Source: Lama guanicoe (Eukaryota). Taken from it: 64,000 nt of DNA. A program made the translations under genes and the position numbers. The stretch covers positions 14,480,974 to 14,544,973 of the forward strand of contig MU054187.1 in assembly GCA_013239625.1 (NCBI GenBank), in the 5' to 3' direction. How positions within the stretch are numbered: the first letter of the stretch is position 1; the number at the start of each line of letters is the position of its first letter. Positions 27,201-41,143 of the stretch are shown here, piece by piece. The notes below the pieces were generated by a model that was not told the origin of the DNA, ran no database searches, and saw only the letters and a program-made list of their open reading frames with translations.

Positions 27201-28337
27201 CTCTGCTGGGGGAGGCCCAGGAAAGGGCTGCAGTGGTGCTGGCAGATCTCTAGCTTTTGACTTCCTGTGCTCGGGGTGGCGGCCCATCAGGGCTTGTACA
27301 CCAGGGAGAACAGAGCAACACTGCCCTCCGGTTCATCCGTCGCTGGAGGATACCCATGTACTTCAAAATAGCAGGCAGTGTTCAGAGGGCACACTGACAA
27401 GTCCGGACATTGTGAAAACCAGTAAAAAAAACAACTAAATAAATCTTCAGATGAATCTAATGTAAAATAATAAACAATACTACTTTTCCTACAACTTTTA
27501 AAATTCTTTGTATTATGTCTTAAAGGACATTTATTTACATGTTTGAGCTTACGTTCTATCCATATGGACTCTGCTGTGACCTGCCAGTCAGCCACACTGT
27601 AGGAGCCTAGTAACTTATTTATCTTCAAAGAAGTGCATCTTGACCAAAGGCTGTGAGAATGTCAACAAATAATAAGGAAATTAAGAAAGCCAGCGGGTCA
27701 AGGTTCTGATAACTGAAGCCAAGAAAAGGCCTGGGAAATTAATGAATAATAAACTCCCAGGAAACCTGAATTGAGAAAAGCAGTAAGCCATGAGGAAAGT
27801 AACACCTGAGATGATTAAATATACAGCCCAAACATTACTGCCTAAGACCCTACCCCTGACCCAGGGGTGACAGAGAAGGTGCTCATTTTCATCTCAATGA
27901 GAGGGACAAGGGATGAGGGAGAGAGAGAGAGAAAGCAAGCAAGCAATGAGGGTGGGAAATACCTGATGGTATTAGTTATGATGTTAAGATTATTTTATTA
28001 TATTCCATTAAAAATATAGGTCACTGAAACTCAACATAAAGAACTTATTGGATTTAGGAAAGATCAGAACAAAAGATAGTTTAATTTTTGTTTTAAAATG
28101 AGATAAGTAGACAACTAAAAAGTTCAATATAGTAAAAAATGTCTTGCTGCCTTTACTGATTTGGAAAAAAACCTTCCATATGTTCTTACAAAGATAGGAT
28201 GTCAAGCAAAATCAGTGGGTCATTCAAACTCAATGTGTATAAGGTTCCAGAAGTATTTGAGGAAACAACGTGGAGAATTGTGCAAATCTGAGACCCACAT
28301 GGGAGTAAAGTAAGATTGCATTTTCTTGAGCAAATTT

Positions 28338-28373
28338 TATTTATTTTTGTTATTCTATTTATTTTTGTTATTC
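28338..28373 (+). repeat. Perfect 18-bp tandem duplication (tatttatttttgttattc)x2
   Basis: Read directly from the sequence. Confidence 0.9.
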
Positions 28374-29024
28374 TCCTAAAAAATTAACTCAAGGGAACAA
28401 AAGAAGGCCTTGCAAATAAGACTGTACAATCTTATCTGCAGAGGATGACACTTCTTGAGAGACAGGGAGAGAAATATGCAACATGATCCGAGACTGTAAG
28501 ACTGAGAACTCCAAAGCCAGACAGTCATCAAGACTGATGGGAACACGACCACTGCGACCTCCCAGGAAGCGAAATCACCCCAGACACACATAAGAAGTCC
28601 TGGCCAGGAACTGAACACTTCAGAGCGGGTGAATTTATGGTGAAGTCAACTAGATGAAGAGCTAATCTTATAATCTTAGCTGTCATTTGAGTCTGGTTTT
28701 ATCAAAATGGAATTCTAATAACATCAAAAACAAGTCTATTTTTTTAATTCTCAAATTTAAGAAGACCAGGACTCCCCAGAGAATGCCTGAGAACCCTGTT
28801 ATTAGACCATAAAATTTCTTCAATAAAGGAAAAGTTTAGAGTGGATGATTCACATGCTATTCCGGAGGTGATATCCTAGGAAGGCTGTTTAAAGGGACTG
28901 ATTTCTGATCAGACACGGGGAAAGGGGGAGTCTTACTGTAGCCCTAGTGTCTCATATCTGACATAACATCCCCATCTAGCACTTAGAAAGAATCCAACAA
29001 ATATGTGTTAACTGAGGGAGTGAC

Positions 29025-29215
29025 CACAGCTAATATTTACTAAGCAGCTTACCCTATGCCAAGGCTGTACATACGTAACTCATCTAATCCTCACAATGAG
29101 GTTTCCGTTTTACAGCTGAGGAAACTGCAGACCAGAGAAGTTGAGTACCTTGGCCTAGGTGGAGCCAGGTTTCAAAGGAAGGCAGCCTGGCCACAGGCCC
29201 CCTTAACCGCTCCAG
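29025..29215 (-). mobile_element. MIR
   Basis: cagctaatatttactaagcagcttac..tgccaagg; catctaatcctcacaa; ttttacagctgaggaaactg. Confidence 0.75.
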
Positions 29216-29739
29216 CACACCCTACAGTCCTCGCCACGTGAGCGTGAATGATTGGGAGGGAGCAAATTGGACAAGCAAGGGCCAGGCTCTAAGCTCTATG
29301 GGAATAAAGCAAATCCAGCCCTGCAGCAAGGTGAGTTCAAAGTAAAAGGATGCATGTGGGGTCCGGATGGGGAAGGTGCTAGAAGTGGACACACTCAGTT
29401 GTGACGGTGAACTCCAACTACTTCCTAACATCTGATGTGACCAACGACCTTGAGGCCGCTGCATGAGACTTTGATGAGGACAGGCTAGATCTGTATTTTT
29501 CATCCTGGTCTATACATGGAAGTCACCTGACACACAAATCAGTAAGAAAAAGAGTATTAAATCAACAGAAAAACAAGCAAAGGTTATAAACTCACTGTTT
29601 ACGGAAAAGGAAATATAAATGACTTTTACACACGAGAAGATGCTCAACTTCATTTATAAAGAAATGCAAATAAAAATGCCAAAGAGATATCATTTTTCAC
29701 CTAATTGGTGAAATTGGAAAAAAAATCCCAAAAGATTCA

Positions 29740-30345
29740 GGAACCTCCTCTCTCATCTGGATTACTGTAACAACCTCCTAATTGTTCTCTTAGTCATCAA
29801 AGAGATCCTTTCTAAGTCAGATCATGTCACTACTTTGCTCAAAACACTGCAGTGGTTCCATGTCTCCTTCAGAGCAAAAGCCAGTGTCCTCATGGTGCCA
29901 GGCAAGCCCTTACATGCATCTGGCCCCAAGTCATGTCACTCACACCACTCACCACTTCACTCCCTCCACTCCAGCCACACTGGCCTCCTTCCTGTTCCTC
30001 AGACTCACCAGACACATCTTTACCTTCACGCCTTCGTAGTGTCTGTTCTTTTGCTTCTCCCTAGACATCCTCAAAGCTCACTCTCCTCCTGAAAGTCTTT
30101 GTTCACATCTCACCTTCTCAATCAGACCCCTCTATTTAAAACTGTAATCTTCATCTCTCTACTCTACTCTACTTTTCCCCATGGCCATTGCACTTTTCAC
30201 TTTCTAATCTACTGTAGAATGTACTTATCATATTTAATTTTTATTGTCTGTCTCCTCTGACTAGAATGTAAGTTTCATCAGGGCAGGAATGTCTATTTTA
30301 TTGATTGATGTATCCAAAGAACATATAAAAATGTCATACACATGG
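29740..30345 (+). mobile_element. L2 3' region
   Basis: catctggattactgtaacaacctcctaa; cagatcatgtcactactttgctcaaaac; ctagaatgtaagtttcatcagggcagg. Confidence 0.85.
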
Positions 30346-30499
30346 CTAAAATGTATGTACAAAGATCTATACTACAACACAGTTGCAGCAAAGCATTCAA
30401 AACAATTGAACATCTATGAATACAGGATTGGTTAAATAAATGATAAAACAATCACACGGTGGAATGCTAAACTGTTCTCAGAATAAATGAAACAGCAGT

Positions 30500-32280
30500 C
30501 CTGTTTCCAGTATGGCCAAGTAAGCTCTGATTGGACCAGTTCTCCTGTAGGAAACTATAAGCCAAACAAAATATAAAGAACAATCATGTGAAGGCACTGA
30601 AGAGTGAACAAAACAGGCAATACTGGAGGGGAGTTAACATCTGGAAAAAAGGAACAGCACAGGATGAGCTTCTCTCTCTCTCTTGTATTTTTTTAAACAG
30701 CTTAAACCTGAGGGCAGGTCTCAGTCTGTTCCATGGGACGGCAGCTAAAATGCCCACAGAAAACACACAGTCTTACTGGCTTTAAGACCCAGAGATAAGG
30801 ATTCAGAGCAACCACAGTCACTGAAAATGACTATCTTCCCCAACTAGAAAATAAGGGGGAAATCCTGGAAATAACAGATCTAGATAAAGGAAACCCCAAT
30901 TCTGCATATAAAACTCTGCCCAAATCTCCACTGACTCCTGAACCACACCAGCATGGGACAGACTCAAAGCAGCAGAGCCAAGAGACCGACGCTTGAGCTG
31001 CTACCCAATGTAGAAAAATAGTGTTGTCGTTAGGCTTCACCCAAATCAACCACCTGCTTTAAAATATTACTACACTTCAGAGGGACACAACACAATCTAG
31101 TATGCACAACACATAATTCAAAATGTCCAGAATGTAATTCAAAATTTCTCAACATATGAAGAAGCAGGAAGAAAATATCTATTCTCATAATAAAAGACAA
31201 TCAATAGAAAACAATCCTGAAATGACCCTACTAGAATTAACAAAGTTATATACCATGCTCAAAGACATAAAAGAAAATATGCTTTTAATAAATAAATGCG
31301 TGGGAAATCTCAGCAGAGAATTGTAAAAACTACAAAGGGAAATTCTAGAACAAAAAATACAATATTCAAATTCCAAATTAACTAGATAAGCATAATAACA
31401 GAAAAGAGATGACAGAGGAGTCAAGATCAATCAATAGAAGTTATACAATCTAAAGAACAGAGAGGAAAAAAAATTGAGAAAAACAAGTAAACAGAGCCTT
31501 AGGAATCTGTGAGACAACATTAAAAGTCTACCAAAAGGAGTGCGAAAAAAAAAGGCAGAAAAATATTAAAAGACATAAAACCCAAAAACATCTCTAGGTG
31601 AAAGACATATTCACATAGCCAAAAAGTTCAGTGAACTAGACTAATATAAAGAAAACCACACAAGAAACATATATTTGAATTGCTAAAAACTAAAACAACA
31701 TATTACATACAGAGAACATCGTTCAAATGATGGTTGACTTCCTTTTTTGTCAGTTAAGGCAAATAAATTTATTCATTTATTTACCTGCTTGTTTGTTTTT
31801 AAATGGTTGACTTCTCATGACAAAAAAACTGAGGCCAGAAGACAGTGGAACAACATCTTTAAAGTGCTGAAAATAAAAAAGTTGTCAACTCAAAATTCTA
31901 TATTCATTGAAAATATCCTTCAAAAATGGAGGGAAAATAAAGACATTTTCAGTTAATGAAAATTAAGAGAATTCATTGCCAGAAGATCTGTCATACTATG
32001 AGAAATACTGAAGAAAACTCAAGGAAGAAGTGAACTGAAGCCAGATGGAAATTTGGATCATTAGAAAGGAATGGATAGAATGAGAATGGTAAATCTGTGA
32101 GTAAATATGAAAGACTATTTTTTTCCTTTTCATTTCCCAAGGATATGTAGACTATTTAAAGTCAAAATTGTAACACTGTGGGGTTTACAAAGTATGCAGA
32201 TGTAATACAAATGACAACTACAGTATAACAAATGTGCTGAGGGGTTAAACAGACCTATATGGTTATAGGTTTCTAAAATC
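30500..32280 (+). mobile_element. Old L1 5' UTR and ORF1 remnant
   Basis: ORF track reads TEARRQWNNIFKVLK (L1 ORF1p C-terminal domain); acagagccttaggaatctgtgagacaacattaaaag. Confidence 0.8.
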
Positions 32281-34407
32281 TTCATACTAAAGATAGAAAA
32301 AATGATGCAACTTCTTATATAGTAATATGAAATGATCTTGTGTATCTCAAATTTTAAAAGGATCCAGAATACTGTTACAGAATGATGCTTTCTTAAAGTA
32401 AATACGTACAGCCAGAGGATATCCACAGAACAGGCAGTAGCAGATTGGGTACTGGAATGCAAAGATGGCACAATGTTCACACTAATATTCAAATTATGCT
32501 AACTCTGCACTATATAAAAGTAATACAAAAAAAATTTAAATAAAATACAATAAAAAAGTAAACACTGAGAAGTTACACTAAGAAAACATTTAAACGTTCC
32601 TTGATTCATCATCTCCCAAACTTATATGACTAAAGGAAACTCATTCCCTCTCCCTTTTTCAAGTAACAGTTATTCTATCTCAAAAGAGACTAGTATTGCA
32701 GGCACTGGTTTTCTTTTTAAATTATTCTTTGATTAACTGAGCCAACTAAATACAGAAAGAATACACTCAGGACATTTCAAATACTATTTTTAAAAAAAGA
32801 CTTAGTCCATCAGAGTACCTCTAAGTATAATTGCAATTTCACTAGCAGTTTAACAAAGTTGCATCCACTAAAATTTCAAACTTAGTATCTTCAAAGATAT
32901 GCTTAAAAGTAGTTACTATCCCATGGCTCATTTATTTTAGAAAGTCTTTCTTGGGTATCTGACATTCCTGTTCAAACTGAATGACAGTAACTATTTCTGA
33001 AAACACTAAACTATTTTGTTGAACATACAAGTGGTTTCCATTAAAAATGCCACAATATATTTTTTTATTTTCTAAAGACTGATATGAATTATAACTATTA
33101 TTTTGCTGTACAAATGAAAAACTTAAAGTTTAATATTATTTGAATGTATCCATCTTGGTGTTACAGTTTAATATAATCTTTCCAAGTGATGATACATTAA
33201 TTTTACTAGTTCCTTTGGGTTTTGGATTCCTTTGGGTTTTAAATTCACTTGTCAACCTTCTTTAATTGTGTATTCTACCCAATTTATCTTTGTACCTACA
33301 CCAACAAAAAAATCAGACTACAATTTGTGAATACTCAGAAATTCTTTAATCATGGAGATGGTATATAATGTTTCTATGCTACCTGAAGTGGGAACATGAT
33401 CCTAGTTCCATCTGTGCTAACAAGAAGAATTTAGTATGAAAAGATCTGGGGTAAAAATGAGATGCTAAAATGAAAGACATAAACGCTTACTACATGCAGC
33501 TGGTTTTCTTCTTCATAAATGAAAGGTTAATAGTGAGGTGTTAACGACCATACTTGGTACCTATTCTCTACAACCTTCTCACATGACTCAGAATGAAAAT
33601 TTAAGTTTCTGTACTACAACTCAAACTAAAAATTGTTTTGAAAAGAACATGTTTAAGCACCTCAGAAGTATCTACATATTTCAAGCTGTTTCTTAAAAAC
33701 TTCATGGTTTTACTTTTCCCAAACCATAAAATTTACAAAGTGAAAAAAATTCACCTGTATGTAAAAGTGTTCATGTATTTGATAAAAAAATGAAAGCAAC
33801 CCTCTTAAGAGCCAAGAAGAGAGTTATCAAACATAATACGTAATAGAAACTTAAATTACATAGAAATTAAACTGGTAGCAACATTCAAACCAAAGAGATG
33901 AAGTATTCTAAGAATATTTACTCCAGTTGCATTCAGAAGGAAAAGTCAATTATTGATTCATTAGGCCAGCTAAATCTGATAAGAATACTATTTTGCTGCT
34001 CTTAAGATCATTTGAAATAATTATTTTTAAAAAAAGACTTAGTCTATCAATGTTAACTTCAAATGTAACAGCATTTTTCCCATAAACCATATAAATAAAT
34101 ATAAAATTACTCCAAATTTGTTTATCCCACAAAGAAATACTTTCCAAATCCAAGTTCTTCCTACGACAATATATGACACTATATACTGTTTACTGATCAA
34201 TAGGAAAAAGAAGATTAATTGAAATTAAAATAAAACATATACCTTCTACCAAAAAGAGGGGAAGAATAGAACCAGCAGGGTCAAATAAATGGAAATTATT
34301 TAGAAGACATTTATTTAAAGAATTGGTCATACATAAAATACAGTTCCCTATATTTCATATAGAGTTATAAAATAACCCCACAAACTCTATTACTCATTAA
34401 TCTACAT

Positions 34408-34739
34408 CAGGGATCAGCAAACTTTTCCTGAAAAGAGCCAGACAGTAAATATTTCAGGTTTTGCAGGCCATACAGTTTGCGTCCACCTACTGAACACTGC
34501 TGCCGGAGTATGAAAGCTGCCACAGACAACATATTAATGAATGAGCATGGCTATGCACCAATAAAACTTTATATACAGCCACTGGACTCTAAATTTCATA
34601 TAATTTTCACACATGACAAAATATTATTCTTCTGTTGACTTTTTTCAATAATTTTTTCAAGTTCAACCTTAGATTTTGGACCATAATAAACAGACAGCAG
34701 GCTGGATTTGGCTTGTGGGCTATAGTTTGCCAACCCCTG
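34408..34739 (+). mobile_element. MER58B-like hAT-Charlie MITE
   Basis: TIRs cagggatcagcaaact / agtttgccaacccctg; 8-bp TSD atctacat/atctagaa; internal ccaataaaactttat. Confidence 0.9.
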
Positions 34740-35449
34740 ATCTAGAAATATATAAAAAGTAGGTAGTAGTAATATTTTCCAAACATTCTTTCTAATAATA
34801 GAATGTGAATACTGTTGTATTTTTACTATACTATTATTTTTGCAATATATGAAGTTCTAAAACAGCATTATCTGCCAATATAACAACTCAACAAAAACTA
34901 AGAAAGCTAAAATGAGGAATTCTTAATATTTCAAAGCCACAAAAACGTAATAAAAAGACACAAAAGTATTGTTTCATTACACACTCCTAGGTCATAAATT
35001 TTACATGAAATTAAACTCATTCTATATAATTTTTGTCCATTGAACTGTAATGGAGTTATTATTTTATGCCAAATCTAGAATTTCATTCACCTCCCATATA
35101 ATATAGTATTAAAAGGTGACCACAAGAATTCTGGCACTTTCATAGTTAATACTGTTCTATATGGTAATACTGAAATGTCTTGGAAAAAAATCACTTGGAG
35201 CTTACCTTTTAACTAGTTAAGATCTTGAGCAAATCATGTAAGCCAGCATTTCCTAAAGTCTGCTCTGTATCCACAGATGATTCATGAACATAACAGGATC
35301 CATGGCCAAATGAGTTTGGGAAATGCTATACTTAGACACATTTCTAGAAGATTTATAATGTACACAAGCATAATCATAAATTCTGAGAAGTCCTGCAGTA
35401 AAGACATCCTTTGGTTTAATCTAGCACTCTTCATATTTACTCAGAGATA

Positions 35450-38400
35450 GACAAACTTAACAATACTTTTAACCAACATGATCTAATCAATACTTATAGA
35501 CCACTCCACCAATAACAGCAAAATATACATTCCTCTCAAATGCCTATGGAATATATACCAAGACAGACAATGTCCTGGGCCATAAAACAAATCTCACCAA
35601 ATTTAAAAGACGTGAAATCATACAGAGTGTACTGTCTGACTACAATGGAATCAGACTAAGCATGAGTAACAGAAAGATAACAGAAAAAATCTCCAAACAC
35701 TGGAAACTACACAACACACTTCTAAAATAATCCTTGGGCAAAAGAAGTATCAAGGTAAATGAAAGTATACATACTGAATTGAATGTAAATGAAATACAAC
35801 GTATTAAAATTCGTAAGCTGAAGCTAAGAATTTGCTAAGAGAAACTTACAGCATTAAATGTGTACATCAGAAAACAGGAAAATTCTTTAATCAATAACCC
35901 AGGTTTTCGTCTAAACGACAAAAAGAAGAACAAAATTAACACAAAGCAAGCAAAAAGTAAATTTAAGAACAGAAATTAATAAAAACTGAAAGGAACAACA
36001 ACAAAACTAAAAAGAAAAGAAATGAAACAAAATCTCGGTTCTCTGAAAAGACTGACAAAATTGATAAACCTCTGACAAGACTAGCAAAGAAAAAAAATTA
36101 TCAAGAATGAAACAAGATATCATTACAGACTCTGCAGACATAAAAAGGATAATAAAGGAATATTAAGAACAACTCTACATGCATGAATCTGATAACTTAG
36201 ACAACAAGGACCAAATCCTCAAAAAGCACAAATACAATTTACCCAATATAAAAGAGATGACTTAAATAGCCTTCTAAGTATTCAAGAAATTGAATTCCTA
36301 ATTTTAAAACTCCTGAAAAACATACCTCCAGACCCAGATGGTTTTACAGAATTCTATCAAACATTTAAAGAATTAACATTAATTCTGTACCATTCCTTCC
36401 TGAAAACAGAAGAGGGAATACCTCCCAATCCTTTTGAATCCAGTCCTATCTTGATACCAAAATCAAGGAATATACCAAACAAACAAAAATACTATAAATA
36501 TCCATCATGACTATAGAAGCAAAAATCCATAACAGAATATTAGCAATTAGAATTCACCAACATATATAAATGATTATAGACCACGATACGACCAAGTGGT
36601 ATTTACTACAGGAATGCAATATTCAAAAGTCAATAAATATAATCCATCATATTAACAGGTTACTTTAACTACATGATCAGAGCAACTGATGCAGCAAAGA
36701 CATTTAACAGAATTCAACCCTCACTCATTCATTATAAAGATTCTCAAAAAACTAGTAAGAGAAACATCTTCACTTGATTTTTTTAAATCTAATAAAAAAA
36801 AAAACCTACAGCTAAAAATCATGCTTTATGGTGAAAGACTGAATGTTTTCTCCCTAAGATCAAGAATGAGTCAAGAAGGTCTGTTCCCACCACCCATTTT
36901 CAACATAATTCTAAAATTGTTAGCCAGTGCAATAAGACAAGAAAGGGAAATAAAATACATATAGGTCATAAAGAAAGAAATAAAACTATTTGAAGATGGC
37001 ATGACTATCTATGTAGAAAACCCCAAGAATCTATTTTAAAAATCACCTAGAATAAGTGAGTTGAGCAAGGTCATAGAATACAACATCAAAATTTTAAAAT
37101 AAACTGTATTTGTATACACTAACAATGAATATATGGAAACTGAAAATAAAAATACATAACTTATTCTAAAATTTAATGGAAAGGTGAAGGAACTAGAATA
37201 GCACAAACATTTTAGAAAGAGAATAGTAAAGTGTGAAGAATAATTCTATATTATTTAACACTTATAATTATATAACTACAGTAACCAAGAATGCGTGTTA
37301 CTAACAAAGAAAGAGACTCAGAGATCAAGAGAACAGAATTAAGAATCCAGAAATAGACCTAGGGCTTAGTGAAGTAGTTTTAGACAAGACATAAAACACA
37401 TTCACAAAAGAAAATAACTGACAAACTGGACTTCATCAAAGCTTAAAACTTTTGCTCTGTGAAAGACCCTGTTAACAGGACGAAAAGACAAACTACAAAT
37501 AGGAAGAAAAAGTTTGCAAACCATCTATCTAACAAAGGACTAATACCTAGAATACATGAGAAACTCTCAAAAGTCAACAGTAAAAAAAACAAACACTCCA
37601 ATAAAAAATGGGCAAAGGACATGAAGAGGCATTTCACCAAGGAGGACATATGATGGCAAAAAACACTTAGAAAGAAGTTCAACATCGCTAGCCATCAGAG
37701 AAATGTAAATTAAGACCATAATGATACAACACTACTCACACATAAGAATGACTAAAACTTAAAATATCAGCAACAACTGCTGGTGAGGATGAAGAGAAAC
37801 TGGATCTCTCGTATGTCCCTGGTTGTAATGCAAAATGGCTCAGCCCCTTTGGAAAAGAGCTCGGCACATTTCCTAGAAAATTAAACATGCATATACCATA
37901 TGACTCAGCTATCACACTTCTGGGCATTTATCCAAAAAAGTAAAATTTTATATCCACACAAAAACTATGCACAATGTTTATATATAGAGATATATATAAA
38001 ACTACAATGTTTATTTGTAGTAGCTGAAAACTGGAGGCTACCAAAACATCCCTCAATAGGCGAACAGTTACACTCTGTGATACATCCATACCACAGAACA
38101 CTAATCAGCAACAGAATGGAGTGAACTACTGATGATACCAAAAAAAAACAAAAAACAAAAAACAAAACACCAAACTCGATGGATCTCAAAGGCATTAGGC
38201 TGAGGGAATAAAAGTCAAACCCAAAAAAGTCTGCATGATCCCATTTATATAACATTTTGAGATGACAAAATTATACAGATAGAAAACAGATTAGTAGTTG
38301 CCAAGGGCTAGGGAGGTTGAGAAGCAGGTGTGAGGGGAGACTACAAAGGGACAGCAGGAGGGAAATCCATGCAGTGATGGGGAGAGCCCTATATCTTGAT

Positions 38401-38605
38401 TGCAACAGTGGTTACACAAATCAGCACATGTGATAAACTGGCATAGACCTACCATGCACACCTTGTACCAATGTCCACATCCTGGGTTAGGATTATACTA
38501 TAGGTATGAAAGTGTACCCACTGGCGGGAACTGGGTGCAGAGTACATGGGATCTCTCTGCACTACTTTTATAACTTTCTGTGAATTTAAAATTACTTCAA
38601 AAAAG
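35450..38605 (+). mobile_element. L1 (L1MC/MD-like) ORF2 and 3' UTR, ~3.1 kb
   Basis: ccagacccagatggtttt; ORF track fragments GERLNVFSLRS..FNIILKLLASAIRQEREIK and KKWAKDMKRHFTKEDI; 3' UTR gggaactgggtgcagagtacatgggatctctctg. Confidence 0.92.
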
Positions 38606-40344
38606 CTTTTTTTAAGAAAAGGAAATAAGGTAAAAAGAATAAAAGAATTAAATCAATAAGAACTAATAGTATCTGTATTCTAAATTTTCCTTATATGTAT
38701 CTTTATTTTTTTTTTTGAATGACTTAATTTAATCATGATTTTTATGTCAGGAAAAAAAAACTGAGATGAGATTTGGATTTTACTTGGCAATACTCAAAAT
38801 ACCTAGTAAAGAATGGGTTTTGGAGTTGGAACGAAATAGATTTAAATCCCCATTTTATAACTTACTACATATATGATCTTAAGTGAATTAAACTTGAATC
38901 TCAGTTTCCTAACAGGTAATATGGGGATAAAAATACATACCTTAGAGAACCATCGTATCTGTGTTTAGAGAAGCTGGTAGCGTTCTATAAATGATAAACT
39001 AATAATAACTTTAACTGTTACTGTCTTATGTCCCTCAGTGGGACAGATATTCCTCAAAAGTAGGGACAATTTCATGTGTTTCCCTTGAATGACCCTACTG
39101 CTCTCAGCATGGCGATAGGTATACAATAACAACTCAATATGCGCTGAATTCTCTTTGAACTTTTAACTTTCGCCTTTAAAAATTACTGTATTTTCTTACT
39201 GTAATAATAATACCCTAAACGATAAAAGGTTAGGTTCTATTGCTTTTTAAATAAAAGTGGGGTTTTTTGATGAAGCTAATACATCATTTCCAAAGGCATC
39301 AAACCAACAAGAGTAGTTCAACCAGTGTGGTAGTTTCATGATGCAAAACACAGAACAAGATTTCCAAATGTTCTCCATATTCCGGATTCTTTTTTTAATG
39401 AATACTGAATCACTATGTCATACACCTAAAACTAATATATTTTCATGTTAATTACAACTCAAAAAAATTATGAAGGGAAAAAAGAAAAAATGTCTCAGTC
39501 CTCCCTTGTCCCTGTCTTGAAAGGTTATGCTGTGTTCTTTACAAACTCTTTTTTTTTTTTTTTTTTTTTTCCATTTTTACCATTTCCTGCTAAGCTGAGA
39601 GCAGTCCTCATCGCCTCTTGGTACGATGAAAGAAATCAGACCTCTTCCATGCAATATGCCAAGAGTCATGAGCTTAGGAAAAGCAGTTACAAAATCAGAC
39701 CACTTCCTGCATATTCTGTATTCTTGTTTCCAAATTTGCTAGTTAAAAATATTTTTAACGGCCAATGAATGGCACCTTCCAATGCCTCATCGCTTCATGA
39801 CAATTATTATTTTTGCTTCAGATTTTCATACCAAGAACCCTATTTTCATTTATACTGGCGGACCCTGTTCCTCACGATCCCTTTCTCAACACAGGACTCC
39901 AGGCTGCTGACTTTGATCTTTCAAAACTTTCTAGAGATTATTTCTATACTCACATGCTCCTCACATATCTTATTTTCTTCTATCACACCAGAAACTGTTA
40001 AACAAAAAAAAATGACCCCCCCTCCAGCTGCCCAACTTAAAATTTTCTTCCAAGAATTTATTTCACTAATTCTTCTTAGTTGTAAACTTCCAAAAAGAAC
40101 TCTCAGGTAACTATGAAGAAGGATTATCAAGTTCAACTTGCATACCAATTACTAAGCTTCTTTTTCTAACTATAAGAATTATATTAAAAACTCACTGCTG
40201 GAAACAAAGATTTATTAACGTATTATCAATATACCACAATAAAAACTTGTAAACAAAACAAAATCTAGGGCTCGAGATATCACTACTGAGAACACACGAT
40301 TCAAAAATGCTCCTCTACATTTTTAATTTCTACCTTGGAAAAAC

Positions 40345-40700
40345 ATTACATGTATTAAAAAGATGCAAATATAGTGCAGAGTTCCCATATACCCTTCACC
40401 TAACTTTCCTTTGTATTAGCATCTTACGTAACCACAATACATTGGTCAAAACTGAAAACTGATGAACAACAAGTTTATACTGTATAGCACAGGGAAGTAT
40501 ATTCAGTATCTTGCAGTAACCTATTTTGAAAAAGAATATGAAAATGAATGTATGTATGTGTATGTATGACCAGAACATGCTGTACACCAGGGATGGACAC
40601 AACACTATAAACTGACAACATGTCAATAAAAAGAAGAATGGGAAAAAAACCTAAAAATTAAAGACTGGTTCAACAGTATTAATTAAACCACAGATTTTAT
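40345..40700 (-). mobile_element. L1MC-like 3' UTR fragment split by a younger L1 tip
   Basis: gagttcccatatacccttcacc...ggtcaaaactg [insert] aaattaaagactgg..aaaccacagattttatt. Confidence 0.75.
40461..40647 (+). mobile_element. Young L1 3' tip
   Basis: aacaagtttatactgtatagcacagggaagtatattcagtatcttg...caataaaa; degenerate TSD aaaactgaaaact / aaaacctaaaaatt. Confidence 0.85.
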
Positions 40701-40904
40701 TTGTAGAGTCTATTCTTTATGAATAAATGAAAACACCTCTGAGGTAATCAGACATCCAGATGCCCTGAGGAATTCCTATTAAATTATCCTAATTTATCTT
40801 GGTTCCCAGTTATGTTCTATGGCGAACTTTGATTCCTATGAGAATATGGATTCATAGTAACATAGAGCCTTGATGTTGGAAGAAACCTTAGAAGTCATCT
40901 AGAT

Positions 40905-41143
40905 TAGTGTTTTTCAAAAGTACAAATGATCAACAAGTCATGAAACAAATTTAATGAGTCACAACTAGCATTTTTAATAAAACAAAATAGAAAATATTAG
41001 ACAACAGCACACACATTAAGGGTATCACTGCTTCATAAATCTTCTGTTTTAGTTGTGTATGTGTATATATCCATAACATGTACTAGGTCACACTAATGAA
41101 AAAATATTCCTCACCACAGGTTAGTCAAAAGTTTTAAGTCACT
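40905..41143. mobile_element. hAT-Charlie-type MITE
   Basis: Ends tagtgtttttcaaaa / aaaagttttaagtcact preceded by tctaga; internal catgaaacaaatttaatgagtcacaactagcattttt. Confidence 0.6.

Noticed and set aside
28400..28720. Possible processed pseudogene
   Set aside because: No recognisable translation, poly(A) tail or TSD.
33745..33775. Possible recursive-splicing site (catacag|gtgaat, minus strand)
   Set aside because: Short, interrupted pyrimidine tract; expected by chance in 49 kb.
39575..39700. Possible cassette exon (ttttcctaag|...ATG|gtaaaa) and overlapping ORFs 39445-40148
   Set aside because: Weak donor; ORFs are low-complexity with no recognisable homology.
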